A stretch of DNA of 64,000 nt. It comes from Marispirochaeta sp. Its GTDB lineage: Bacteria; Spirochaetota; Spirochaetia; JC444; Marispirochaetaceae. Below the pieces are notes generated by a model that was given only the letters and a program-made list of their open reading frames with translations, was not told where the DNA came from and ran no database searches. Positions 39,750 to 50,736 of the stretch are shown here, piece by piece (position 1 is the first letter of the stretch; the number at the start of each line of letters is the position of its first letter). The DNA lies in the NCBI GenBank assembly GCA_963676835.2, contig CAXXFF010000002.1, positions 96,001 through 160,000 of the forward strand, read 5' to 3'. The position numbers and the translations under genes were made by a program.

Positions 39750-41149
39750 TGGCCTGAAATCGTCCCTTCAATTTTCTTGATATCGTCGGTGCGGGCAATA
39801 ATCAGAACCCGGTCTCCAAGCTGCAGGGTCACATCACCATGGGGAAGTATATGCTCGTTCTGGCGCACTACAAGCAGAATCAGGCTCTGTTTGGGAAGTT
39901 TAATATCCTTAACGGCCTTACCCACAATCCCGGATCCCTTCTCCAGGGCAAATTCAATAATCTCGAACATACTGTCCGAAATGGTATGCACACTGCGTAT
40001 ATTGCCCCGGCGGATAATCTTCAGAATTGAATTGACCAGAGCATTGTTAAGACTGACCACCACATCGATCCCCAGATCCTGGGCAATGTTCATGTACCCC
40101 TTTTTCTGAACTAGAGCGATGGTACGGTCGATTCCCATCTTCTTGGCATACATGGCGGTGATAATGTTGAGCTCCTGATTACCCGTTGCAGTCAGCAGCA
40201 GATCATAACCTTCAATCTCACCGGACTCAAGAATCCCTTCATCGGAAATATCCGCGTGGGTAACCTGAGACTCAGGGTAGCGGTCGATCAGGGATTTACA
40301 TTTATCATAATCCTGCTCGATAAAATGGACCTGACGGTTTTTACCGGGAATGATCTTTTTGAACATCCGGGTAAAGAAGCTGGCTCCGGGGTTGGAACCC
40401 TGATACAGGTCATCGGCAATATAGCGGCTGATCTTTCCGCCGCCGGCAATGGCAATCCTGTTTATGGCAGCCCGTTTACGGCCGTTTATCTCAAGGATTG
40501 TATCCAGTTCCGGTTCGCTTCCCAGCAGATAGAGCTGGTCGCCGGCATATACAACCGTATCTCCCGAGGGGATAATATAGGAATCGTTCCGGGCCAGAAG
40601 TGCTATAAGAAAAACACTGTCCACTTCGGAACGGATTGTGCGTATGGGCTTGCCGACAAAATCGGAGTCTTCCGGTATAGTCACGTCGCAGAGCTGCAGG
40701 TCTCCCTGATCAAAAAAGAGAATATTGCTCTTTGCTCCCCAGTCAATGGCCCTGACCACCACCCTGGCAGCTTCAATCTCGGGGTTTACCACATGATTAA
40801 TGCCGAATAATGGATGCTCAAGCATACGGGATGCCGAGTAGTCAAGATTTCTGACCCTGGCCACGGTTACTGGTTTGGAAAACTCTGCAGCAACCAGTCC
40901 GCAGGAGATCATGTTGATTTCATCACTGTCTGTTACAGCAACGAAAAAGTCCGCGTCTTCAATTCCGGCTTCCCGGAGAACTGCGGGGCTGTTGCCCTCC
41001 TCGTTGATAACGTGACAGTCCACCGTGTTGGAAAGCTGTTTAGCCTTTGCCGAGTCCTTTTCGATAACCGTAACCTGCTTGTCTTCTCCCACGAGCTGAC
41101 GGGCAAGCTGAAAACCGATGCGGCCGGCGCCAAGTATAATCACCTTCAT
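39746..41149 (-). CDS. trkA: Trk potassium uptake RCK subunit
   Basis: Tandem RCK N/C domains, GAGRIG, VTDSDEIN, NPE. Confidence 0.95.
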   Translation of the reverse strand: MKVIILGAGRIGFQLARQLVGEDKQVTVIEKDSAKAKQLSNTVDCHVINEEGNSPAVLREAGIEDADFFVAVTDSDEINMISCGLVAAEFSKPVTVARVRNLDYSASRMLEHPLFGINHVVNPEIEAARVVVRAIDWGAKSNILFFDQGDLQLCDVTIPEDSDFVGKPIRTIRSEVDSVFLIALLARNDSYIIPSGDTVVYAGDQLYLLGSEPELDTILEINGRKRAAINRIAIAGGGKISRYIADDLYQGSNPGASFFTRMFKKIIPGKNRQVHFIEQDYDKCKSLIDRYPESQVTHADISDEGILESGEIEGYDLLLTATGNQELNIITAMYAKKMGIDRTIALVQKKGYMNIAQDLGIDVVVSLNNALVNSILKIIRRGNIRSVHTISDSMFEIIEFALEKGSGIVGKAVKDIKLPKQSLILLVVRQNEHILPHGDVTLQLGDRVLIIARTDDIKKIEGTISGQ

Positions 41150-41263
41150 TGGAGGATACGTTATGCTATCCTTATTGGCCTGTCAACTGTTATTGCAATG
41201 CAGGAGAGCAATAACTATCTCATCACTCCAAATATTGCTCCGTCTGTAACAGAAAAATCGACT

Positions 41264-41779
41264 TTACCCCTCTATTAGAGGTAAGATTGTACTCAAAATT
41301 CTGTCAACAGCCAAAATTGTATTCTTTTTTGAAGAGGCCATGGTTAATGCATCAATCTCGATATCCTTTTTCTTCCACTTACCTGAGTCTGCGGTGATTA
41401 TCAGGCTGTAAAGGCCCTGATCCTTGCGTTCCCGCAGCAGCATATCGGCCGCTTCTGGAATGTCTCCGGACTCAACGGTGGTAAAGAGCACAATATGATC
41501 CCAATTCTCTTCCACTGGAAGTGATGCTTTAGTTATCTCACCCACGGAAATACGGATACCGGTTCCTGCAGTCCTTTCTGCCAGCCCGGACATTACCTCG
41601 TCTTTGAAACTGCTGCTTTGAGTCAGCACAAGAACAGTCTTGGCGCCGCCTTCTGGATTAAGGGTATAAGGCTCAACGATGCCCTGACTTTTGACAATCC
41701 GATAGGTTAACGCCGATCCGACAAAAAGAACCAGCAGAGAAGCAAGTACAATACCTGTTACCTTGAAAATTTTCTTCAC
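41264..41779 (-). CDS. Hypothetical membrane-anchored protein (flavodoxin-like pattern)
   Basis: N-terminal TM helix, VLVLTQSSSFK; GAGGAGG RBS. Confidence 0.65.
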   Translation of the reverse strand: MKKIFKVTGIVLASLLVLFVGSALTYRIVKSQGIVEPYTLNPEGGAKTVLVLTQSSSFKDEVMSGLAERTAGTGIRISVGEITKASLPVEENWDHIVLFTTVESGDIPEAADMLLRERKDQGLYSLIITADSGKWKKKDIEIDALTMASSKKNTILAVDRILSTILPLIEG

Positions 41780-41790
41780 AGTTTCCTCCT

Positions 41791-41845
41791 CTATTCAATA
41801 TTGAGTAGTATACGACCTCTTTTCCAACTATTCAAGTTTTAATAG
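41791..41845. promoter_or_regulatory. Two related imperfect palindromes, candidate PadR operators
   Basis: CTATTCAATATTGAGTAG (41791-41808) and CTATTCAAGTTTTAATAG (41828-41845), between divergent genes. Confidence 0.65.
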
Positions 41846-41899
41846 TTTATTTTTACTACTTTATATTATATACTCCAGTCTGCAGCCAGGAGGTACATA

Positions 41900-42448
41900 G
41901 TGAATGTTTCAAAATTTCTTGTTCTCGGTGCTCTGGACAGCCTCGGCACCGGAAGCGGTTATGATGTACAGCGGGAGCTTGAACAGAGAAGGGTTACCAA
42001 CTGGACGGGTATTAAAACCGGTTCCATTTACTTCGCTATCCGCCAGCTGGAAAAGGATGCCTGTATTGAGGTAGTCGCAAAGAAACAGTCCGGAGCATTT
42101 CCGGTAAAAAGCATCTACCGGACAACCGAAACAGGAAGAAAAATCTTCGACGAGATGCAGGAGGAAGCATTCCGGGGGCTGTATCCTCAATACTACGGCT
42201 TTAAACTGGCCCTCAAGTTTAATCGCCGCAGGACCGCAGATGAAATTATAGCCTTTACAGGAATTGCCATCGAAAACATCGGGAAAACCTTACGTGCAAT
42301 GGACGAGTATCTTGAGACAGCTGATCCGGAAACTCTGGATGACGACCGCTTCTTTATCCGCCATGATAAGCTCTTACTGGAGGCGGAAAAGCAGTGGATT
42401 AAGGAAGTTCAGCCATTTATCCGTCAGCCAGCCTGCACAAATTCCTGA
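41900..42448 (+). CDS. PadR-family transcriptional regulator
   Basis: LVLGAL...SGYDV...GSIYFAIRQLEK...YRTTETGR. Confidence 0.9.
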   Translation: MNVSKFLVLGALDSLGTGSGYDVQRELEQRRVTNWTGIKTGSIYFAIRQLEKDACIEVVAKKQSGAFPVKSIYRTTETGRKIFDEMQEEAFRGLYPQYYGFKLALKFNRRRTADEIIAFTGIAIENIGKTLRAMDEYLETADPETLDDDRFFIRHDKLLLEAEKQWIKEVQPFIRQPACTNS

Positions 42449-42510
42449 CTTTTTACATCTTCTTTAGCGCTGAAAATTGACATGAGCAAAAATCCGCATA
42501 CTCTTTGTAA

Positions 42511-44124
42511 GTGGAGGAGCTTATGTTTAGAAACTTCAAAATATCATCCCGCCTGATACTGCAAACGGTATTAATTGTTCTTCTCCTTATTGCAGTAAAT
42601 GTGGTCTATATTATCGGTATCGATTATATCCGGGATTTCAGCAGTGCCCAGGGCAGTGAGATTATGCTGGACGGACAAAAGGACAAAATCAAGGTTGCCA
42701 CGGAAAACCTGGCCGAGGGGCTGGGAAACCTGCTGAAAAATGTTCCCCCTTCGGAACAGGATGATTTAATACGCAGCTTTGTCGATCCCATACGCTTCGA
42801 AGAAGATAAATCAGGCTATTTCTTTGTGTACCGCCAGACAGTTACCGTTGCCTTACCTCCACAGCCCGACCTGGTCGGGGAGGACAGAAAGAACATTCAG
42901 GACTCCAAAGGAACCTACCTGCTTCAGGAACTGCATAAAGCTGCGGAAGAAGGGGGTGGATTTGTTGAATACTGGTATGCGAAACCCGGCGCGGGAGAAC
43001 AACCTAAACTTGCCTACTCCGCCATGATTCCCGGTACAGATCTCTGGATTGGAACCGGTGTCTATATAAGCAATGTTGAGGAGATGCGGGGTATCATCGA
43101 CGCCAGAGTACGTACTATCTCAAGAAACCTGGTGCTTATGATTGTAGGAGGAATAAGCCTTCTGCTGCTTATAATATTCCTCCCCTTCACTGTTTTCCTT
43201 TACCGTAGTATTACGCTCCCGCTGCGTAATGCAGTCAACGTCACCGACAGTATTGCCGGCGGCGACCTCAGAGCTCAGATCCGGGACAAGGGAAAAGATG
43301 AAGTTGCCCAGCTGATCCGCTCCATAAACATGATGCAGGTAAAACTGCAGCAGATTGTAGCCAGTGTGAAAACAATAGCCGGAAAACTGTCCACAGGCAG
43401 CCGGGAAATCAGCACCACATCGCAGCAGGTTTCATCGGGTTCAACTCAGCAGGCTGCTGCAACGGAAGAGACCAGTGCATCCATGGAAGAGATGGCCTCC
43501 ACGGTACAGCACACATCGGATAATGCTGTTCAGACTGAAAAGATCGCCCTTGCGGCACAGGAAACCGCCAAACGAGGCAGCCATGCGGTCCATGAAACCA
43601 TCAGTGCCATGGAGAATATTCAGGGACGTACGGAACTTATAGAAGCCATTGCACGGCAGACAAATATGCTTGCCCTGAATGCCGCAATTGAAGCAGCCAG
43701 GGCCGGAGAAGCAGGGAAAGGCTTTGCGGTGGTTGCGGCGGAAGTCCGCAAGCTTGCTGAACGTTCACAGGAAGCTGCTGCTGTAATCACCAAAATCAGC
43801 ACCGAGAGCATGACCGTCTCCCGGGAAGCCGGCAGGGTATTCGACGAGATGCTCCCCGGTATTGAACGGACAGCAGACCTGGTACAGGAGATCAGCGCAG
43901 CCTCACGGGAGCAGTCAACCGGTATCGATCAGGTGACCAATGCCCTTACTCAACTGGATCAGACAGTACAGCACAATGCAGCAATATCCGAAGAGTTATC
44001 CGCCATGGCCAGGGAATTTGCCGACGGTGCTGCAGAGCTTGAAGAGATCATGCAGTATTTCACCGTCTCAGAGACAGAGAATAACCAGGATATTCCTCTT
44101 CTGCTGGACTCCAGCGAAAAGTAA
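42511..44124 (+). CDS. Methyl-accepting chemotaxis protein with Cache sensor and HAMP domain
   Basis: TM-Cache ([21 protein letters not shown])-[46 protein letters not shown]. Confidence 0.96.
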   Translation: MEELMFRNFKISSRLILQTVLIVLLLIAVNVVYIIGIDYIRDFSSAQGSEIMLDGQKDKIKVATENLAEGLGNLLKNVPPSEQDDLIRSFVDPIRFEEDKSGYFFVYRQTVTVALPPQPDLVGEDRKNIQDSKGTYLLQELHKAAEEGGGFVEYWYAKPGAGEQPKLAYSAMIPGTDLWIGTGVYISNVEEMRGIIDARVRTISRNLVLMIVGGISLLLLIIFLPFTVFLYRSITLPLRNAVNVTDSIAGGDLRAQIRDKGKDEVAQLIRSINMMQVKLQQIVASVKTIAGKLSTGSREISTTSQQVSSGSTQQAAATEETSASMEEMASTVQHTSDNAVQTEKIALAAQETAKRGSHAVHETISAMENIQGRTELIEAIARQTNMLALNAAIEAARAGEAGKGFAVVAAEVRKLAERSQEAAAVITKISTESMTVSREAGRVFDEMLPGIERTADLVQEISAASREQSTGIDQVTNALTQLDQTVQHNAAISEELSAMAREFADGAAELEEIMQYFTVSETENNQDIPLLLDSSEK

Positions 44125-44149
44125 ATCCTCTTGCATTCCGGGAACAGCC

Positions 44150-47100
44150 CTATTCCGTTTGGTCTGTTCCCGGAACCAGTTCCTTCATAGAATAAACAAG
44201 ATCTTTGTACTTCTCAGCAGGCTCCCGCCAGCTGTAGACATTCCGGATCATATTATCCCGGGCAGCAGAGAGCTTTTCCGGTGTCTCTTCAGTGAAGATA
44301 CGGTGAAAACGCTGCATGGCATCATACAGAGCGGGAGCAGTGTAATCCGAGAATAGTACTCCGTTACCCTGCAGAGACCTGCCGCTGCGCGCCAGGGACT
44401 TAACGGTATCCTTCAATCCTCCCGTTGCCCGTGCACAGACAAAGGATCCGCAGGCAAATGCCTCCAGCTGGCTGATTCCTCCCGGTTCATGCATGGAGGG
44501 CATCAGGAAAAGATCAGCCCCCAAAAGGGGAATCCGGACATCCTGGTATCCGATGCCCACGGAAACCTGACGGGGAAAGAAATCCGCCAGCTGTAACAGT
44601 CCCCGGGCAAGCTCATCACCCCGTTCATCGCCGCCGGCAACAGCCCCCCCGATAATTCCCTGATAGCCCAATGTGGAAAAAATGCCCCGGGAGGCTTCCA
44701 GAAGCAGCTGGAATCCCTTCTGTTCCGTCAAACGGTGGATCATTACACAAAGAGGCGCATCGGGATCTACCTGCAGCCCCCGGGAGAGCTGAACAAGCAG
44801 CTTGATACGCATCCTCTCAAGGACCTGTCTGCGCCTTCCCGCCTTCATGGTATCAACAGTTTCCGGCTGCAGAAGTTCGGGATATTTTTCTTCAAGCTGA
44901 TCTTTCAGCAAGGAGTCCCTGCTGACCGCATCCTTCAAGCCGGAAAGATTGCGCCGGATAAAATTATCCTCCCGCATTTTATTCATGGCCCGGACACGGA
45001 AATCAGTTCCCACACCGTTGTTTATTCCGGTTACATCGTGGAGAATACGTTCCATGCCGTCGGCCCCTATCTTCAGCTGCTCTGCGTAGCTCGGGGAAAC
45101 AGTGACAATCCTGTCGGCGGAACGGATACCTGCGGCCATGCAGTTTATCCTGCCGGAATCAGACGGGTCTTCAACCCTCCAGTACTCATGATCCCCAAGA
45201 TTAAACAGCCGGTACAGATCCGTGCCTTTTTCGTATCTGTGGTAGGCATCAAAGTACTGCCAGCCTCCGTTGTGGACAATATGAACAAGGCTGGCCCGGT
45301 CAAAGGGCGGATGCCCGGCGTACCCGGGATCACTTCGTATAATGGAGCAGAATATTCCGGTAAAGGCATCGTTGGTAAATACCGCAAGGGGATCAAGTTC
45401 AAAGGTTCTGATAACTTCCGCCGAAGCCCGGGCAAAGGCTGTCCGCCGCCTCAGACGTTCTTCACCGGTAACGCCGAAGTAAAGTCCATCAAAGAACTCA
45501 TGATGGTCAAGAAGATAGTAGTGGATACCATCCACAAGGCCGTAATGTACGCCTATTTCGTACTCCCTGCTCTGGATATAAAAGCGGACAGTCCTGCCGG
45601 TATAACGGATGCCGTAGCGGCGTACGGATTCATCCATCTTTTTACGGACCTTGTCATCTCCCTGCTTGTAATAGGGGGTGATAACAACCGTCTCTTCTCC
45701 CATTACCGAAAGTTCCCGGGGGAGCTCGTAGACAACATTGGCAAGCCCTCCGGATTTCGAGAAGGGGTCCGCTTCGGCGGCAAGAAAAATAAGACTTCCG
45801 CCGCGGAAGGCATTGCTCAGAGAAGCACCGAGGCTGCTTAACGCTTCATCAGCATCAGCCTGCAGGCTTGTAATCAGATACCAGACCGCTGCAGCTGCGT
45901 TCCGGCTTTCCTCCAGCCGGTAAAAATTATACATAAAGCGTTTTACCGCCAGATGATAAGTTTCCCGATGTCCATCCAGAAGGGGCAGCAGGGTATTCAG
46001 CAGAAAATCACGGAACTTGCGATAGGACCCGCTGCGGGCCTTTAATTCCCCGAAAGCAAAATTGGCAAGAAAATAGTTCCTGCCGTTTCCGGAACAGAGA
46101 CGAAAGACCGACTGCTTCAAGACCTCCGGGTAAGCCGCCGCTTTTTTCTCTTCATCCGTCTCTGCCGTAAGATTAAGCAGTTTATACCGGTCGGTATGGG
46201 GAATAATCGCCTCTATCCTGCTTTCTCTCAGCTCCCTGCCGGAATACCATCCGGCCTGGCCGGTTACGGTTGAATACACCGGATCGATAATCTGATAAAA
46301 CGCATCATCATCAATTGGAAGAGAGGGATCATCAAACTGAAGAAAAACACGCTCATCCCGGTCGGCAAAATTAAATGCCCCGAGCACGCCCTTTCTGCCT
46401 GAAAAGCGGACAGCCGCAGCAACCATATTATTATTGGCCCATATAAGATGAGCCCGGCCTTTCTGCCGGCGGTGATTTCCATAAAGATTGGAATAGAACC
46501 CCTGGGTTCCCCGGTTTGCCTCCCGCTCAAAATCATTCCAGTTTACATAGATGTTATCCAGATATACCTTCCAGGATTCCCCTTCCGCACTGCCCTCATA
46601 GTCAAGAATAATACGGCTCAAGAAACCGGTAAGCATGACAGCTGCTTTGAATCCCCGGGCACCGAAGGTATTGAGCGCCCGACGTTCATCATGGTTGCCC
46701 AGGATGCCCAGCAGTTCCGCTCCCGGAGGCAGAATAGAGGGGTAATGCTGCTGGTAGATGTGGTAAATCTCCCGGACATCGGTCTTTCCATGAATAATGT
46801 TTTCACAGATTTTAAAGAGCGCCGAGTTGTAGGGAACCGTTCCGGTTCTGGAAAGATACTGTTCCCTGCCCCAGTAGCACTCTGCCAGGTTTACAAAATA
46901 CTTCTTCCCCAGCCGCAGCAGCAGCCGGTGAATACGCTGGTACAGATAATAATGGAAAGGTACTGCAATGAGTTCCGCACAGGCGGAATCATAATAACCG
47001 GTGGTAACATAATGGTCATACTCACGGTTGTTGTCGATGATTTCTCCTTCCACCAGGGACTCTCTGCTGCGGTAATCACCATGCAGAAAGGGGTAGTTAT

Positions 47101-49072
47101 TGCGCCGCATCATTACCGGGACAGCATGGGAGGAGTCGAAGCGGATTCCATCTATATCGAACTTCTCTATGAGGGTGCAGACTGAATCGGCCAGCCATTC
47201 CCAAACCGCAAATTTCCGGTAATTGAGAAGCTTGCCGTCATTCCAGCTGCCGTAGCGGCCGTCTGTAGAGCCCCGTACTACAAGATTGCCCTGACTGTCG
47301 TAGCAGCGTACTGCCATTTCATCCGGAAGCTCCTCAGAGCGGCGGTTAAGATGGGGAATAATATCAACAATAATCTTTATTCCCAGGCGGTGGGCCTCTT
47401 CGACCAGGCCGAGAAACCCCTCCTCCCCGCCGAGGGCCGGCTCAAGGGCGGTAAGACTCATGGGAGCGAAGGGAGAAGGCGATCTCGCCTCCTCTGCCCA
47501 GTCTTCCCGGTTGCTCCCCCGCTTCTGTATTCCAAGAACATACAGGGCGCTGATGGAATAGCGGGATTTGAGATCCTCCAGATGAGCCCTGATATCACCG
47601 AAGGTACCGGTACGGATGATCTGCCCGGACTCATTGAACACCATCCCGGGATTTTCAGAGCCCCAGTAGAGCCTGGTGTGGCCGTGAATATCGGGAAATA
47701 TCTCGAGGACAAGCTCTCCATCCAGGCTTGGCTGAACATTCAGACGTCCGCCGCTTCCGTCCACCCAGCGGGGCCCGTTCTTCAGATTACGGTAGACCAC
47801 CCAGTCATAGCTCCCCAGGGTACGGAAGATTCTGGAAACCTCCCATATGCCGCTCTCCCGGGAGTAATTGAGGGTGATATCGGTATAATCGAGATTTCCG
47901 TCTACAAAAAGCTTCTCCGCCGATCGGTCCCCGTAGATACGCAGAAAATAACCGGTCTTGCTGCGGGGGAGCTCAAATCTGAAGGTGTGGCTGGTGCCGG
48001 CATCTATGGTGACAAACTGAGTTGCCAGGGGAGCATCAAATTCCTTGGGGGCAAAAACACGTTCAAGAAGGATATTTGCCCGGTTACGGATTTCATGAAT
48101 ATCATGTCCTGAAGCGGCAACAAGCAGTCTCACCACTTCACGGAGGGAAGTGGCATCGTTATGGGTTTTAAACCGCCGGGCCAGTCTTTCCAGCTCATCC
48201 AGCGCTGTCCGGCACTGGTTATAATCGAAGAGACCGGACTCACCGGGAAGCCTGGCATCCAGCTGCTCAAGCAGTGAGTTCCGCTGCTTTTGGGAAAAGG
48301 GCCGTGCTTTGCCTGAAATAGGCGCCGGAGGGGATTCAAATACACCGGCCCGGGTGATTACCCGGTCCAGCAGCAGATCAAACTGCCGTTCCTGCTCCCT
48401 GCTCAGCGGATCGGTGTGGGTGTATCCTGTCTCGACAGCCCGCTCCTCAATTCGGAGAAGGGTAAGAAACATCCCGTATGAATCCTCCAGCCCTTCGGAG
48501 AGATCGGCGTAGACACTGTCAGTCAGATTAAAGCCCAGATAGATCGTGGGCTGCTCTTTTTCCGGCGGGCCTGCATCAACCCAGGCAAGGAGAGAAGTAT
48601 CGGTGGAGATGTGAAAGATGGTAGGACTTGCCGGTCTTTCCCTGACAAAAACAAAACGGCGTCCCGAGAGCAGGGAATGATCAATATCTGAAAGAGCACG
48701 GTGAACCAGAACAAGTCCGTCAAGAAGACGGTCCGCGAGACGTCCCTGACTGGCCACTCTTCTTTTGCCGGACGGTTCATTCTCTGCAGCAGCAGCAAGC
48801 ATCTGATCCCGAAGGGGAATCAGCAGGGAGGAGGCATCACTGGCATTTCCTTCAATCTGAAAGGCCTTGACTGCATTCAGATCCGGATAGAAAGGGAAAC
48901 TCCTGGACTGACGAATAGATTCATCTATTTCATGTTCAATATCCCGGGCACTAAAGAGCTTCCGGTCCTCATCACGGCATCGAATCAGGGCGGAAGGAAA
49001 ATGTACCGAATGGTTCCAGCTCATAGGCACCTCGCTTACGTCCATAGTACCAGCCCCGGGGGTAACAGGCAA
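44150..49072 (-). CDS. Large GH13 alpha-amylase-like + GT5 glycogen/starch synthase fusion (start uncertain)
   Basis: GH13 regions DIIPH, DGIRFDSSH, NLAECYW, LGNHDE; GT5 motifs KSGGL, HNGGWQY, VTVSPSYA, RLTEQKG, PSMHEPGGISQLEA. Confidence 0.88.
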   Translation of the reverse strand: MPVTPGAGTMDVSEVPMSWNHSVHFPSALIRCRDEDRKLFSARDIEHEIDESIRQSRSFPFYPDLNAVKAFQIEGNASDASSLLIPLRDQMLAAAAENEPSGKRRVASQGRLADRLLDGLVLVHRALSDIDHSLLSGRRFVFVRERPASPTIFHISTDTSLLAWVDAGPPEKEQPTIYLGFNLTDSVYADLSEGLEDSYGMFLTLLRIEERAVETGYTHTDPLSREQERQFDLLLDRVITRAGVFESPPAPISGKARPFSQKQRNSLLEQLDARLPGESGLFDYNQCRTALDELERLARRFKTHNDATSLREVVRLLVAASGHDIHEIRNRANILLERVFAPKEFDAPLATQFVTIDAGTSHTFRFELPRSKTGYFLRIYGDRSAEKLFVDGNLDYTDITLNYSRESGIWEVSRIFRTLGSYDWVVYRNLKNGPRWVDGSGGRLNVQPSLDGELVLEIFPDIHGHTRLYWGSENPGMVFNESGQIIRTGTFGDIRAHLEDLKSRYSISALYVLGIQKRGSNREDWAEEARSPSPFAPMSLTALEPALGGEEGFLGLVEEAHRLGIKIIVDIIPHLNRRSEELPDEMAVRCYDSQGNLVVRGSTDGRYGSWNDGKLLNYRKFAVWEWLADSVCTLIEKFDIDGIRFDSSHAVPVMMRRNNYPFLHGDYRSRESLVEGEIIDNNREYDHYVTTGYYDSACAELIAVPFHYYLYQRIHRLLLRLGKKYFVNLAECYWGREQYLSRTGTVPYNSALFKICENIIHGKTDVREIYHIYQQHYPSILPPGAELLGILGNHDERRALNTFGARGFKAAVMLTGFLSRIILDYEGSAEGESWKVYLDNIYVNWNDFEREANRGTQGFYSNLYGNHRRQKGRAHLIWANNNMVAAAVRFSGRKGVLGAFNFADRDERVFLQFDDPSLPIDDDAFYQIIDPVYSTVTGQAGWYSGRELRESRIEAIIPHTDRYKLLNLTAETDEEKKAAAYPEVLKQSVFRLCSGNGRNYFLANFAFGELKARSGSYRKFRDFLLNTLLPLLDGHRETYHLAVKRFMYNFYRLEESRNAAAAVWYLITSLQADADEALSSLGASLSNAFRGGSLIFLAAEADPFSKSGGLANVVYELPRELSVMGEETVVITPYYKQGDDKVRKKMDESVRRYGIRYTGRTVRFYIQSREYEIGVHYGLVDGIHYYLLDHHEFFDGLYFGVTGEERLRRRTAFARASAEVIRTFELDPLAVFTNDAFTGIFCSIIRSDPGYAGHPPFDRASLVHIVHNGGWQYFDAYHRYEKGTDLYRLFNLGDHEYWRVEDPSDSGRINCMAAGIRSADRIVTVSPSYAEQLKIGADGMERILHDVTGINNGVGTDFRVRAMNKMREDNFIRRNLSGLKDAVSRDSLLKDQLEEKYPELLQPETVDTMKAGRRRQVLERMRIKLLVQLSRGLQVDPDAPLCVMIHRLTEQKGFQLLLEASRGIFSTLGYQGIIGGAVAGGDERGDELARGLLQLADFFPRQVSVGIGYQDVRIPLLGADLFLMPSMHEPGGISQLEAFACGSFVCARATGGLKDTVKSLARSGRSLQGNGVLFSDYTAPALYDAMQRFHRIFTEETPEKLSAARDNMIRNVYSWREPAEKYKDLVYSMKELVPGTDQTE

Positions 49073-49217
49073 TTTTTATATGAGGGGATACTCTAAAAAC
49101 GTGGTGTTTTTGTCATTGTCAGGGATAAAAGGTTTTGCATCCCGGGAGGAGCGCGGGAAATCCCGAGGTCGCAGGTTATGGCTGAAAGAGCAGTTTTTAA
49201 AGCTTCCTTGCGAATAA

Positions 49218-50414
49218 TTGGTGTATACTTCCCCCATGGAAAGTTCCAGGGAGATCAGCAGTATAAAAAACAGGTTCCCCGAGAAGATGCTGGGCCATAT
49301 AACAGAATGCATCGACCCCTTCGGCAGCGGTACAACGCTGACAGAAGCAATCAATTTCTTCAACGAGAACCCGGAGTATGGAGCCTGGCCGGTAGAGACA
49401 GAGAAGGGCAGCCTTGGAATAATTCCGCGGGATATTCTCCTGGAAAAAGGCAAGTCTAGGCTGGAGAAAATCCGGAACAGAAAGGCTGCTGATTTTTCTA
49501 TTCCACGGATAAAAAGCTATGAAGCCCGGGATAACTGTCAGGCGGTGGCCGCAAAAATTGTTGAGAATGAAATCCGGACTGATACACTTATTATCTACAG
49601 CAACGGCACCTTTATGGGTATTATTCCGGTAAACCGACTCCTGAAACATGCTGCCCATCTTCGCAGCCGGGAACTCGGCTATGCCAGAGAGATTCAGGAA
49701 TTTCTTCTCAGGCGCTCAAAACCGGAAGAACGAGGTTTTACCTACCGATATCTGCTGAAACAGTCCAACGATATAGGGGGAGACTTTTACCAGGTAATCA
49801 AACTGGGAAACAGGACAGTCCTTGCCTCCTTTGACGTGAGTGGAAAGAATGTTTCTGCATCACTGGCAACATCCATGATAAGTGCGGTACTGGCAACCCT
49901 GGAAGAATCACCGGATCAGCAGCATAACCCTGCAGAGTTTCTCACACTGTTTAATAATATTCTCTGCAAAATCACCCCCCTGGATCTCTTTGTGGCAGGT
50001 CTATTCTACTTCATCAGCCCCGAAAACAGTGAAGTGGAAATTTTTAATTTTGGATATTCCCGGATCTTCATAATTTCCCGGGGGGAAAATAGAACAGGCA
50101 GGATCACTGCCGCAGAACCGCAGCTTCGTCCTCTGGGAATTGATGCAATTGATGATCCGGCGGTGCTGGAAAAGGTTAAACTTGTACTGTCAGGCCAAAA
50201 CAGGCTGACTCTGGTAAGCTGGTCTGACGGACTGGAGGATATGCAGAACCCCATGGGCCGGAAATTCGGAGAGAAACGAATTGAAGATTTTGTACGGAAA
50301 AATTATGCCTTAAGCCCGGAGAGGTTTATAGCTGATCTGGAACAAACCATTGATGAGTTTCGCCGGGACACGCCCCAGCCTGATGACATTACAGCCCTCT
50401 GTCTGAAACTGTAA
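49218..50414 (+). CDS. SpoIIE/PP2C-type phosphatase with N-terminal CBS-like region
   Basis: IGGDFY, DVSGK.VSASL, WSDGLED, PQPDDIT. Confidence 0.9.
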   Translation: MVYTSPMESSREISSIKNRFPEKMLGHITECIDPFGSGTTLTEAINFFNENPEYGAWPVETEKGSLGIIPRDILLEKGKSRLEKIRNRKAADFSIPRIKSYEARDNCQAVAAKIVENEIRTDTLIIYSNGTFMGIIPVNRLLKHAAHLRSRELGYAREIQEFLLRRSKPEERGFTYRYLLKQSNDIGGDFYQVIKLGNRTVLASFDVSGKNVSASLATSMISAVLATLEESPDQQHNPAEFLTLFNNILCKITPLDLFVAGLFYFISPENSEVEIFNFGYSRIFIISRGENRTGRITAAEPQLRPLGIDAIDDPAVLEKVKLVLSGQNRLTLVSWSDGLEDMQNPMGRKFGEKRIEDFVRKNYALSPERFIADLEQTIDEFRRDTPQPDDITALCLKL

Positions 50415-50473
50415 CTTTCTTGGAGATACCCGACAACCGCTTGGTGTGCTTCCGGCTGTCGGGTATCCGGGAG

Positions 50474-50668
50474 CTATTCCTCTTCGTCCCCGATCTCATC
50501 TTCAGAATCCTCGCCGGGAACATAAAACAAATCCCTCAGGGTATCTTCGTCAGCGATCTGACCGCCGTCGGTTTCACCCTCTTTCTTTTTTAATTTCTTC
50601 TCTTCTTTTTTCTTTTTCTTTTCTAGTTCGCGCCGTCTTTTTTCGTAACTGAACTGATTTCTGCCCAC
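50474..50668 (-). CDS. Small basic/acidic hypothetical protein
   Basis: GTG start with AGGAGG RBS; NQFSYEKRRRELEKKKKKEEK followed by an acidic tail. Confidence 0.65.
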   Translation of the reverse strand: MGRNQFSYEKRRRELEKKKKKEEKKLKKKEGETDGGQIADEDTLRDLFYVPGEDSEDEIGDEEE

Positions 50669-50736
50669 TATACCTCCTTCTCTTACTGATCCTTTCAACT
50701 GTGCAGACAATAATTCGAATATGTACTGGTGAAAGG

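Noticed and set aside
44735..48112. Long plus-strand ORFs (368, 245 and 253 aa)
   Set aside because: Antisense shadows of the GH13-GT5 gene with no recognisable motifs.
50570..50650. Low-complexity T/C-rich tract as a repeat element
   Set aside because: Explained by the Lys/Glu-rich coding sequence of the small minus-strand gene.
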